From an uncultured Dehalococcoidia bacterium (lineage in GTDB: Bacteria; Chloroflexota; Dehalococcoidia; Lucifugimonadales; GCA-002694895), in the NCBI GenBank assembly GCA_964564565.1, contig CAZMBU010000001.1, forward strand, positions 1 through 36,476: a stretch of 36,476 nt of DNA, in the 5' to 3' direction. Shown one piece after another: positions 28,786 to 36,476 of this stretch. Every line of letters begins with the position of its first letter. Positions within the stretch are counted from its first letter, which is position 1. Both the position numbers and the translations under genes were made by a program. The notes below the pieces were generated by a model. That model saw only the letters and a program-made list of their open reading frames with translations, was not told the DNA's origin and ran no database searches.

Positions 28786-30036
28786 ATGAGTAAAACTTCA
28801 AAAATAAAAGCATATGTTACTGGAATAGGGGTAATTTCTCCATTAGGAGAAAATATTAAAACATATTGGACTAATCTTGTTGCAGGAAAATCTGGAATAG
28901 GGAAAATGACACTTTGTGATCCAACCGAATTCCCATCTAAAATTGCGGGCGAAGTAAAAACTTTTCAACCTGAAAACTATATTGACAAAAAAGAGTCAAA
29001 AAGAATGGCAAGATTTTCACAAATGGCTGTTGCTGCTGCTGCTCTTGCTATTGAAAACTCAAACCTATCATTGTCTGCAACAGAAAAAACTTCAACTGCT
29101 GTAATAATCGGAAATGGAAATGGTGGTTTTCCGGAACTTGAATACAATTCACGCTTACAGGTAACAAAAGGGGAAACAAAAATAAGCCCATATTTTATTC
29201 CCATGATTCTGCCAAATATGGCTGCAGCAAATATTTCAAGAACATTTGGGTTTCAAGGATTTAGTTCAACTGTTGTAACAGCTTGCGCTGCCAGCACTCA
29301 ATCAATAGGTGACGCAGCACAACTTATTAATAACGGCTTATGCGATATAGTTTTAGCCGGGGGTTGCGAGGCAGGGATAAGCAGGCTTGGCTTGGGAGGG
29401 TTTAGTGCCCTTAGAGCTTTGAGTACAAACAACAATAACCCAGAAAAAGCTAGTCGTCCCTTCGACTCTCTAAGAGACGGGTTTGTTCCTTCAGAGGGTG
29501 CAGGGATACTTATCTTAGAATCAGAAAAGCACGCACTAAAAAGAAATGCCAATGTGCTTTGTGAAATTGCAGGAATGGGAGTATCTTCTGATGCCTATCA
29601 TCCAGTTCAACCAGACCCCGCAGGTGAAGGAGCAACCTTAGCTATGAAAAGAGCTATGAAAAGCGCCAACATTAATATTGAAGACATTGATTATATAAAT
29701 GCCCATGGAACATCAACCCCATTAAACGATGTTTGTGAAACAAATGCAATTAAAAAAACATTTAAAGAAAGGGCATATAAAATTCCTATTAGTTCAACTA
29801 AATCTATGATCGGTCATGCTTTAGGCGGGGCTGGCGCATTGGAGGCTATTGCTACAATCTTGTCAATAATTAACCAAAAAGCACATCCCACTATTAACCT
29901 TGAAAACCCCGATCCTGAATGTGACTTAAATTATATTCCCCAAAAAGCAAAAAATTTAAAAATTAGTAATGCAATGTCAAACAATTTCGGTTTTGGCGGC
30001 CAAAACGCTAGTATTATTATTAAAAAAGCAAATTAA
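28786..30036 (+). CDS. fabF: Beta-ketoacyl-ACP synthase II
   Basis: 416 aa. VVTGIGVISPLG, active-site Cys in VVTACAAS, catalytic His residues in NAHGTSTP and GHALGGAG, and C-terminal NNFGFGGQNAS. Confidence 0.92.
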   Translation: MSKTSKIKAYVTGIGVISPLGENIKTYWTNLVAGKSGIGKMTLCDPTEFPSKIAGEVKTFQPENYIDKKESKRMARFSQMAVAAAALAIENSNLSLSATEKTSTAVIIGNGNGGFPELEYNSRLQVTKGETKISPYFIPMILPNMAAANISRTFGFQGFSSTVVTACAASTQSIGDAAQLINNGLCDIVLAGGCEAGISRLGLGGFSALRALSTNNNNPEKASRPFDSLRDGFVPSEGAGILILESEKHALKRNANVLCEIAGMGVSSDAYHPVQPDPAGEGATLAMKRAMKSANINIEDIDYINAHGTSTPLNDVCETNAIKKTFKERAYKIPISSTKSMIGHALGGAGALEAIATILSIINQKAHPTINLENPDPECDLNYIPQKAKNLKISNAMSNNFGFGGQNASIIIKKAN

Positions 30037-30590
30037 ACCCAGGGGATTAATTTACGATTGTAAACTTTTAATAATGAACTGAATTTATATCCGGATTTTT
30101 CTATTTGCTGCCTCCCCCCTTCATCCCTGTCCACTACACAAATTATTCCAACAACAGAACATCCATATTTTTCTGCAGCTTTCGCAGCCATCAAAACGCT
30201 TTTTCCGGTTGTGCAAGTATCATCAACAATTAATACTTTGTCGTTTGCTTGAATTAAGCCTTCAATTTGCTTTCCCGTCCCATGTTCTTTGGCCGTCTTT
30301 CTAACTATAGCTCCTTGTAATTGAATGGAATTTTCTTGAGCTTTCATTAAAACTCCCCCAATTATTGGATCAGCACCCAAAGTAGGCCCGGCCAAGATGT
30401 TTGCTTTTTTAGAAATTGTTTCACCTAAAATTTCATTAGAAATTATTTCCAAACTTTCTGGAATTAAACTTATTATTCTTCCGTCAAAATAAACATTGCT
30501 CCTGCGGCCTGAAGAAAGTAAAAAATCCCCGGTTTTAAATGCGCCGGATTTTTCAGCAATTTCAACAAGTCTGTTTAGTTTATTTTCCAC
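30033..30590 (-). CDS. pyrE: Orotate phosphoribosyltransferase
   Basis: 185 aa. FKTGDFLLSSGRRSNVYFD and the PRPP-binding motif VLIVDDTCTTGKS. GTG start sharing one base with the nadD TAG stop. Confidence 0.88.
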   Translation of the reverse strand: MENKLNRLVEIAEKSGAFKTGDFLLSSGRRSNVYFDGRIISLIPESLEIISNEILGETISKKANILAGPTLGADPIIGGVLMKAQENSIQLQGAIVRKTAKEHGTGKQIEGLIQANDKVLIVDDTCTTGKSVLMAAKAAEKYGCSVVGIICVVDRDEGGRQQIEKSGYKFSSLLKVYNRKLIPWV

Positions 30591-31195
30591 TACAGATAAA
30601 TTTTATTTTTTACTATATAAGTATATACATTTTTATTTAAACATTGTTGTTCGATTTCATTTTTCTTGAAAGAATTTCTTATTGTTGTTGACGAAATTCT
30701 TTCACTTATGTTTTTCAAAAATTGTATTTTAGCATTCGCATAAATTCCCAAAAGTTTTTCCTTAATTCTTTTCTTTGATATATTGCCTCTCGGAATACAT
30801 ACAATTTTGGAAGATCTTAAAATATTAAGAGGCTTTACCCATTTGTCCATATCCAAGGCTGCGTCCGCCCCAATAATAAAATAAAAATCATTATTACTTT
30901 TGTTTTTCAAATATTCTAATGTTTGATATGAATAAGAGGGCGAATCCTTTTCGATTTCAAATTTTAACAAACAAACTTTTTTATAATTACGTAATGCAAT
31001 TTCAATCATTTCTTGCCTTTGATATTTACTTGCAATAACCCTGTTATCTTTCATCCACGAATTACCAGACACAACCACATAAAGTTTATCCAGGCCTAAT
31101 TGAATTATGCTTTCTTTAATAATTTTCAAATGTCCTTTGTGCAACGGATCAAAGGTTCCTCCGTACACGCCATATTTCTTTTTAACTCCACTCAA
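30590..31195 (-). CDS. nadD: Nicotinate-nucleotide adenylyltransferase
   Basis: 201 aa. GVYGGTFDPLHKGH, the (H/T)xGH nucleotidyltransferase motif, and ISSTTIR near the C-terminus. Overlaps the obg 3' end by 14 nt. Confidence 0.9.
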   Translation of the reverse strand: MSGVKKKYGVYGGTFDPLHKGHLKIIKESIIQLGLDKLYVVVSGNSWMKDNRVIASKYQRQEMIEIALRNYKKVCLLKFEIEKDSPSYSYQTLEYLKNKSNNDFYFIIGADAALDMDKWVKPLNILRSSKIVCIPRGNISKKRIKEKLLGIYANAKIQFLKNISERISSTTIRNSFKKNEIEQQCLNKNVYTYIVKNKIYL

Positions 31196-32348
31196 GGGTC
31201 ACACTTCCAATTTTAACAACATCTCCTTCTTTGATTCCCTGCATCAAGAGCGATTTAGCAATACCTTTTTGATGCAAGGCCTTCATAAACTGAGCCATCA
31301 CATCCCATTTATCTAAATTTACCTTTTCTGCTATTCTTATAATTTGAGGGTGAGTTATCTCAAACCCGTCTTTCTTTTTAATTACATTTTCTGTTTCTTC
31401 CACATCTATTTTTATAATTTCCGGAACAGTATTTGTTGGTTTTGCTTCAGCGTCTTTCAAAAGGGCAGCTTCAATGTTTTTTTTAATTAATGAAATTTCG
31501 CTTACATTTACTTGCAAGTCGTTTTCTTCCATGTTGTTATGAGATTTTATTGTGATTATTAATTTTTCTTTTAATATGTTTTTATTTTGATTTTTTATTA
31601 TTCTGATTGTGTCATCATTTTTCCCCTCACACAAAAAAACAATTACACCGGCCCTTTCTATGTGTTTTAAATACTTGAGTCCTAAATTGTTTTTTTTGCT
31701 TTCTAAACCAGGTATCTCAATAACTTTATAATGTTCTTTTACTGTTTCCATGGTGCCGGTTTCTATTCCGGTTGTTGTATACGGATAAATATTAATTTTA
31801 GGATTGGCGTTCGTTATTTTTGATAAAAAAGTGGATTTTCCTGAGTTTGGTTTTCCTAAAATCACAACATCAGTCAGCATTAAATAATCCATTTCAGCTT
31901 CTAGTTTTTCCCCTTTTTCTCCCTTTTCTGCTAACAATGGATATTGGACCACAGAATTAGCTCTTCCGGAATTTCCTTTTCCTCCTCTTCCCCCTTTTGC
32001 TAATAGTTTTTTCTCTTCATCCAAAATTTCGAACAATATTTTTCTTTTTTTATCTTTTTTTGTAAAGATCTTTGTTCCAATTGGAACTTTTATAAATTTA
32101 TCTTTCCCCTTTTTTCCTTTTTTGTTATTTGAGCTTCCTTCTTGTCCGTTGTGAGCTTTTATGATTTTTATATGATTATAATTAATTAAAGATGTTGTGT
32201 TTATATCTCCTTTTACATATATATTCCCCCCGTCGCCCCCGTCGCCCCCATCTGGTCCTCCTCTTGGTACAAATTTTTTACGTATACCACTTATCGCTCC
32301 ATCTCCCCCGGTTCCTGCTAGTATTAATAATTTAATTTTATCTTTCAT
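31182..32348 (-). CDS. obg: Obg-family GTPase (ObgE/CgtA) with an OCT-type C-terminal domain
   Basis: 388 aa. Gly-rich Obg fold (GTGGDGAIS...RGGPDGGDGGDGGNIY...AKGGRGGKGN), G1 GKPNSGKST, G2 YPYTT, and switch II LKHIERAGV. The C-terminal region FEITHPQ...GIKEGDVVKIGSVTLEW is OCT-like. G3 and G4 are atypical (see finding). Confidence 0.9.
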   Translation of the reverse strand: MKDKIKLLILAGTGGDGAISGIRKKFVPRGGPDGGDGGDGGNIYVKGDINTTSLINYNHIKIIKAHNGQEGSSNNKKGKKGKDKFIKVPIGTKIFTKKDKKRKILFEILDEEKKLLAKGGRGGKGNSGRANSVVQYPLLAEKGEKGEKLEAEMDYLMLTDVVILGKPNSGKSTFLSKITNANPKINIYPYTTTGIETGTMETVKEHYKVIEIPGLESKKNNLGLKYLKHIERAGVIVFLCEGKNDDTIRIIKNQNKNILKEKLIITIKSHNNMEENDLQVNVSEISLIKKNIEAALLKDAEAKPTNTVPEIIKIDVEETENVIKKKDGFEITHPQIIRIAEKVNLDKWDVMAQFMKALHQKGIAKSLLMQGIKEGDVVKIGSVTLEWS

Positions 32349-32434
32349 TTTCTAAAAATAATAATAATTAAGTGTATATGTTGAAATATATACATAATAA
32401 CAGGGTTTATATATATATATTTATGTTTAATGTT

Positions 32435-32443
32435 TGTGGATAA
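32435..32443 (-). promoter_or_regulatory. Perfect DnaA box (TTATCCACA on the minus strand)
   Basis: The plus strand reads TGTGGATAA at 32435-32443, a 9/9 match to the E. coli-type consensus. Confidence 0.6.
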
Positions 32444-32502
32444 CTAATATTTATATTGTTATTATTTTTATTAAAAAAAAACAAAATAAAAATAAACATT
32501 AA

Positions 32503-32511
32503 TTATCCACA
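32503..32511 (+). promoter_or_regulatory. Perfect DnaA box (TTATCCACA)
   Basis: The plus strand reads TTATCCACA at 32503-32511, a 9/9 match. It lies 11 nt upstream of a TATAAT (32522-32527), which itself ends 8 nt before the mscS-family ATG. Confidence 0.6.
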
Positions 32512-32535
32512 TTTATATATTTATAATAATTAAGC

Positions 32536-33609
32536 ATGTTAAGTTTCGGTTTTAATTCAGATTTAATATTTTCAATCTTTTTGGTGGCGGGGTCCCTTGT
32601 TTTAGCTTTGGTCTTAGAGCTTATAGGAGATTTTGTTTTCAAGGCTGGAAAAAATAAAAACGCAACTCTTCATTATAGGGTTGCATACAATTTAAAGGGC
32701 CCCTTGGTAATATTTTTTATCATATCAGGGCTTTTGTGGTCAGTTTCTTTGTTAGATTTTGTGGTGGGAGATTTTGTTTTAGAGGGCTCTGACAGGAAAT
32801 GGTTAAAAGGCGCATTGATGACTACATGGGGTGTTTTGGTTATAGTAATTTTAACTATATCTATTTCGAGAATAACAAGTGTTTTTTTAGATTGGTACTC
32901 TCGCAAAGTGTTAAAAAAAACCACCACGGAATTGGATGACAAGCTTATCCCTCCATTAAAAAGAGTTTTGCCAATTATTATTTATGTTTTGGGAGCGCTT
33001 CAACTTCTTGGGTATTTTGGTTTTTCTATTAGCCCTATATTGGCAGGGCTTGGAATTGGAGGCATAGCTGTTGCCCTGGCTGTTCAGCCTACCCTTAGTA
33101 ATTTTTTCGCGGGAACATATGTTTTAACTGAAGGAGCTCTTAAAGAAGGGGATTTTATTGAAATTGAAGGAGGGATAGCCGGGTATGTTTCTTCGGTTGG
33201 ATGGAGAAGTACAAAAGTAAGAGATAGATTTAATAATTTGGTAATAATTCCAAATTCTAAAATGGCTGAAAGTGTAGTGACAAACTTTTATAGTCCAGAA
33301 ACTGCTATAAATTTAATAATAACATCTGGCGTTGCTTATGAGGAAAACCTGGAAAAAGTTGAGAACACTGTAAAGGCTACTTTGAAACAATTATTGAATG
33401 ATTCTGAAAATGTCGCCAATAATACAGAGCCACGATTTGGTTTTTCAGAATTTGGTGATTCAAATATTAATTTTTGGATTTTTATGCAGGCCAAAGATTG
33501 GCCGGCATCATTTCAGTTAAAAAGTGAAATTATTAAATCTGTACATAGTAGTTTTGCTAAAAAGGGTATTACTATTAATTATCCTACCAGAAGGATAATT
33601 AAAGATTAA
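32536..33609 (+). CDS. Mechanosensitive ion channel family protein (MscS-like)
   Basis: 357 aa. Several N-terminal TM helices, then the MscS pore-helix and beta-domain pattern (GIGGIAVALAVQPTLSNFFAGTYVLTEGALKEGDFIEI...GYVSSVGWRSTKVRD..N..VIIPNS). Confidence 0.85.
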   Translation: MLSFGFNSDLIFSIFLVAGSLVLALVLELIGDFVFKAGKNKNATLHYRVAYNLKGPLVIFFIISGLLWSVSLLDFVVGDFVLEGSDRKWLKGALMTTWGVLVIVILTISISRITSVFLDWYSRKVLKKTTTELDDKLIPPLKRVLPIIIYVLGALQLLGYFGFSISPILAGLGIGGIAVALAVQPTLSNFFAGTYVLTEGALKEGDFIEIEGGIAGYVSSVGWRSTKVRDRFNNLVIIPNSKMAESVVTNFYSPETAINLIITSGVAYEENLEKVENTVKATLKQLLNDSENVANNTEPRFGFSEFGDSNINFWIFMQAKDWPASFQLKSEIIKSVHSSFAKKGITINYPTRRIIKD

Positions 33610-34850
33610 TGAATTCGCTTAAAAATAATTTATTAATAAATGTTTTTGTTCCTTTTAATTATAGAGATTTTACTTATTTGTGGTTGGGCGGAGTTACTGC
33701 GGGAATAACCATGTCAATGAAAATGCTAATCTCTACACAATGGCTTTATGATGAAACAGGGTCTTCGATAATTGTTGGTTTGCTTGGAATAGCTCAGTTA
33801 ATTCAAATGCCCGTAGTAGTTTATGGGGGTGTAATGGCAGATGTTTCAGACAGAAAAAAATTGATGATATATACTCAATTGGTTTCTTTTTTGTTGTTAT
33901 TGCTTTTGGCAATTCTCGCGCAAGGTGAAAGATTAATGCCATGGCATGTTTTTACGGTTATTATTATAACCGGAATTACTAGCATGCTTGGGAATTCCAG
34001 TCGTCCTGCAATGTTGCCAAGAGTTATTCCTAAAAAACACATTACGGAGGCAATAGGATTGTCTTCTGCATCTTTTCAGGTTTCTTCTATAATTTCCCCT
34101 TTAATATTTTGGAAATCATTTGAATATCTTGGACCTGCAGGAGCGTTTTATATTGCCGCCGGGATTGCTTTTGTTAGTGTTTTTTCTCCTCTTATGATTA
34201 ATGCAAGCGGAGAAGCTAAAGAAAGAAAAAAAGAAAAACCAATTAATTCTATTAAAGAGGGATATAAATTTATTGCTACTCATCCAATACTTCCAGGATT
34301 ATATTTGTTAGATATTTTTGTCACAATTGTTAGTTTTTATAGGAATTTGTTTCCGATATTTTCTTCACAACTTTATTCAAAAGGAGTTGAGGGTACAGGA
34401 TTGTTAAATGCGTTTAATTCTATTGGAACAATTTTTGGCGCAAGCATAGTTATGTATACTTCTAAGTTAAAAAACAAAGGGCAGATAGTACTTGTTGCAA
34501 CATTTGCATATTCTTTATTTTTAATGTTTTTTGGTTTGAATCAAAATTTATATATTGGTTTAGGCTTGGTTGCTTTATTGGGCCTTACTGATGGGATTTC
34601 CATGGTAATGAGGCAAGCAATAGTACAGCTAACAACGCCAGACAAATTATTGGGCAGGGCAAGCAGTGCTCATAGTTTTACAGCTATGGGCGCAAATCAT
34701 ATAGGGCATTTTGAAGTTGGGTTACTATCTGCTTTGGTAGGGGCAGGGACAACCATGTTATTGGGTGGAATAATAGCCTGTATTGTCACGTTGTTATTTT
34801 GGGTATTTTATAGTTCAATAAGAAATTATAAATATAATCCAGAGTTATAG
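33609..34850 (+). CDS. MFS transporter (EntS/MFS_3-like)
   Basis: 413 aa with about 12 predicted TM segments. N-terminal FRDFTYLWLG-type motif (YRDFTYLWLGG) and the GGVMADVSDRKKLM loop motif. The start overlaps the mscS stop (TAATG). Confidence 0.85.
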   Translation: MNSLKNNLLINVFVPFNYRDFTYLWLGGVTAGITMSMKMLISTQWLYDETGSSIIVGLLGIAQLIQMPVVVYGGVMADVSDRKKLMIYTQLVSFLLLLLLAILAQGERLMPWHVFTVIIITGITSMLGNSSRPAMLPRVIPKKHITEAIGLSSASFQVSSIISPLIFWKSFEYLGPAGAFYIAAGIAFVSVFSPLMINASGEAKERKKEKPINSIKEGYKFIATHPILPGLYLLDIFVTIVSFYRNLFPIFSSQLYSKGVEGTGLLNAFNSIGTIFGASIVMYTSKLKNKGQIVLVATFAYSLFLMFFGLNQNLYIGLGLVALLGLTDGISMVMRQAIVQLTTPDKLLGRASSAHSFTAMGANHIGHFEVGLLSALVGAGTTMLLGGIIACIVTLLFWVFYSSIRNYKYNPEL

Positions 34851-35969
34851 TTCTAGCATATTTGCCAATTTGTTTCTATGAAAATTGGCATCCCCGTAAG
34901 CAATTTCTGCAGCTTTTGCTCTTCTGGAATAAAGCTGTATCCAATGTTCTTTTGTGAATCCAATTCCACCGTGGACTTGGTGAGCAATTGAACACACCTT
35001 TGTGTGTGAATCGCTTGTCCATGATTTTGCCATTGACACTTCCCTGCTTGCGTTTTGGTTGTTTGAAAGTTTCCAGGCTGCTTCGTATATCACAAATCTT
35101 GTTCCTTCAACCAAGGTAGCCATTTCTGAGCAATGTCTTTGTATTTCGCCAAAGGTACCAATTGGACGTCCAAATTGTGTTCGAGTTTTTGCGTATTCAA
35201 CTGTACCCTCTAATACTTTTTCTCCCGCCCCTAACATTTCGCAAGATTTTCCAACCGCCGCCATATCAAATATTGTTTCTATTGTTTTCCATGCATTGTT
35301 TTCAGTTCCAATTAAATTTGATGAAGGTATTTGAACATTATCAAGATCAATAACAAACTGTTTGTCAGATGAAATTGTTGACAGTGGAGAAATTGTAACA
35401 CCTTCAGCTGAAGAAGGTATTATAAACAAAGAAATATCTTCTTTGCTATTTCCTGTTCTTGCTGTAACAAGTATTAAATCTGCTATGTTTGCGTTTGGAA
35501 CAAACATTTTAGTCCCATTCAAATTGTAAACATTGTTATTTAAAGTAGCATTTGTTTGAACTGACAAAGGAGATATTAAGTCATCCTCTTCATAAAAAGC
35601 TAAAGTGGCAATTGTTTCACCTGAAATTACCTTGGGGAGAATTTCTTCTTTTTGTTTTTCATTGCCGCTTACAAGTATTGGCATCCCTCCAAGAAGAACA
35701 GCTTCAAAAAGAGGTTCGGGCAACAATACCCTTCCAGCTTCTTCTAGTAGTATACAAAATTCTAGAAAAGATAGCCCAAAACCACCGTATTTTTCAGGAA
35801 AAGGAACGCCAAGCCATCCCTGGTTAACTATTTTTTCCCAAAGTTGTTTGTTATAACCTTCGTTATCAGTTTCCATTTCCCGCACATGTGTCTCTGGGCA
35901 TTCGCTTGCAAAGAAATCTTTTGCTGTATTTCTTAACATTTGTTGTGTTTCGTTTAAACTTAAATCCAT
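34845..35969 (-). CDS. Acyl-CoA dehydrogenase family protein (possible non-catalytic or beta-type subunit)
   Basis: 374 aa with ACAD N, middle and C domains (QLWEKIVNQGWLGVPFPEKYGG, ...TRTQFGRPIG..., QVHGGIGFTKEH...). The usual IYEGT catalytic-Glu motif reads IAYGD. Confidence 0.88.
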   Translation of the reverse strand: MDLSLNETQQMLRNTAKDFFASECPETHVREMETDNEGYNKQLWEKIVNQGWLGVPFPEKYGGFGLSFLEFCILLEEAGRVLLPEPLFEAVLLGGMPILVSGNEKQKEEILPKVISGETIATLAFYEEDDLISPLSVQTNATLNNNVYNLNGTKMFVPNANIADLILVTARTGNSKEDISLFIIPSSAEGVTISPLSTISSDKQFVIDLDNVQIPSSNLIGTENNAWKTIETIFDMAAVGKSCEMLGAGEKVLEGTVEYAKTRTQFGRPIGTFGEIQRHCSEMATLVEGTRFVIYEAAWKLSNNQNASREVSMAKSWTSDSHTKVCSIAHQVHGGIGFTKEHWIQLYSRRAKAAEIAYGDANFHRNKLANMLEL

Positions 35970-35978
35970 AATTTACTC

Positions 35979-36476
35979 CTATGGTTTAGGCAAGCCTAAT
36001 CCTCTTGTTGCTATAATTCCTCTTTGAATTTCTGATGTTCCTGCTGCTATTGTTGCTGAAACAGTTGAGAGATATTCTTGTTCAATTTTACCTTTTAGTT
36101 TATTGTGTTTTGATTTTGGTCCAAGTTGGCTATACAGACCAAGTATTTTCATACCTAAATCAGCCACCTTTTGTTCAAGTACGGTGCCAAACAATTTTGA
36201 CATTGAAGATTCTTTGTTCGGGACTTCTCCTTTGCTTTGCATGTCTGCAATTTTATATGACATTCCTCTAGAAACATTAATTTCTGTATATAGTTCAGTA
36301 ATTTCTTTTTTAATGTTAGGGTCTTCTGATATTATTTTCCCCCCACGTTTATTTGTTTTGGCGAATTCAATAAGTTCTTCTAATAAACTTAAACAGCGTG
36401 AAGAATACTCAACACCAGATCTTTCAAAATCTAACAAAGTAGCGCCTACATACCACCCTCTGTCGAGTTCTCCGAC
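35979..36476 (-). CDS. Acyl-CoA dehydrogenase family protein, C-terminal part only; N-terminus lies beyond the right window edge
   Basis: The frame is open to position 36476 (VGELDRGWYVGATLLDFERSGVEY...), beyond the internal Met used by the ORF track. ACAD C-terminal helices end in ...IAAGTSEIQRGIIATRGLGLP. It stops 9 nt before the next ACAD start. Confidence 0.85.
   Translation of the reverse strand, partial: VGELDRGWYVGATLLDFERSGVEYSSRCLSLLEELIEFAKTNKRGGKIISEDPNIKKEITELYTEINVSRGMSYKIADMQSKGEVPNKESSMSKLFGTVLEQKVADLGMKILGLYSQLGPKSKHNKLKGKIEQEYLSTVSATIAAGTSEIQRGIIATRGLGLPKP

Noticed and set aside
32232-32249. A tandem GC-rich 9-mer, GTCGCCCCC x2.
   Set aside because: It is the antisense of the codons for the GDGGDGG glycine-rich Obg-fold repeat. 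It is a coding repeat, not a CRISPR or regulatory repeat.

Overview
This is an AT-rich stretch of bacterial chromosome (about 30% G+C by eye, not computed) with very high gene density. I count 29 CDS (two cut by the window edges), one tRNA-Pro and one cobalamin riboswitch. Many genes abut or overlap by 1-14 nt. Almost everything is core housekeeping: gyrB and gyrA, ruvB, pheS and pheT, pyrG, pyrE, rho, obg, nadD, folC, fabF and moeA. The rest are transporters (a heterodimeric ABC exporter pair, a riboswitch-controlled BtuFCD-like importer, an MscS-family channel, an MFS transporter), a few hydrolases (S9 peptidase, proline-iminopeptidase-like, FAH-family, C26 amidotransferase, MBL-fold), a PAC2-family protein and two adjacent acyl-CoA dehydrogenases. 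A PAC2 protein, an Obg with an OCT-type C-terminus, a lipoprotein with a long Pro/Lys/Thr linker and a GyrB without the proteobacterial insert point to a streamlined marine monoderm-type lineage (Chloroflexota- or Actinomycetota-like). That placement is unresolved. I found no transposase, integrase, CRISPR array, restriction, toxin-antitoxin or other recognisable defence or accessory module, and I do not see a convincing novel multi-gene system here. The most unusual signals are small-scale. (1) Two perfect back-to-back DnaA boxes flank a nearly pure A/T spacer between obg and the mscS-family gene, a candidate oriC or DnaA-controlled promoter. (2) An in-frame TAA separates a well-initiated 9-codon ORF from a 139-codon open frame upstream of the PAC2 gene. 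(3) A B12 riboswitch operon appears to run on into folC and fabF. (4) The Obg orthologue has non-canonical G3 and G4 motifs. (5) Paired acyl-CoA dehydrogenases both lack the canonical YEG catalytic Glu. (6) Isolated GC-rich or palindromic elements sit in the pyrG, rho and gyrB leaders. All homology calls come from reading the translations by eye; no database search was run.
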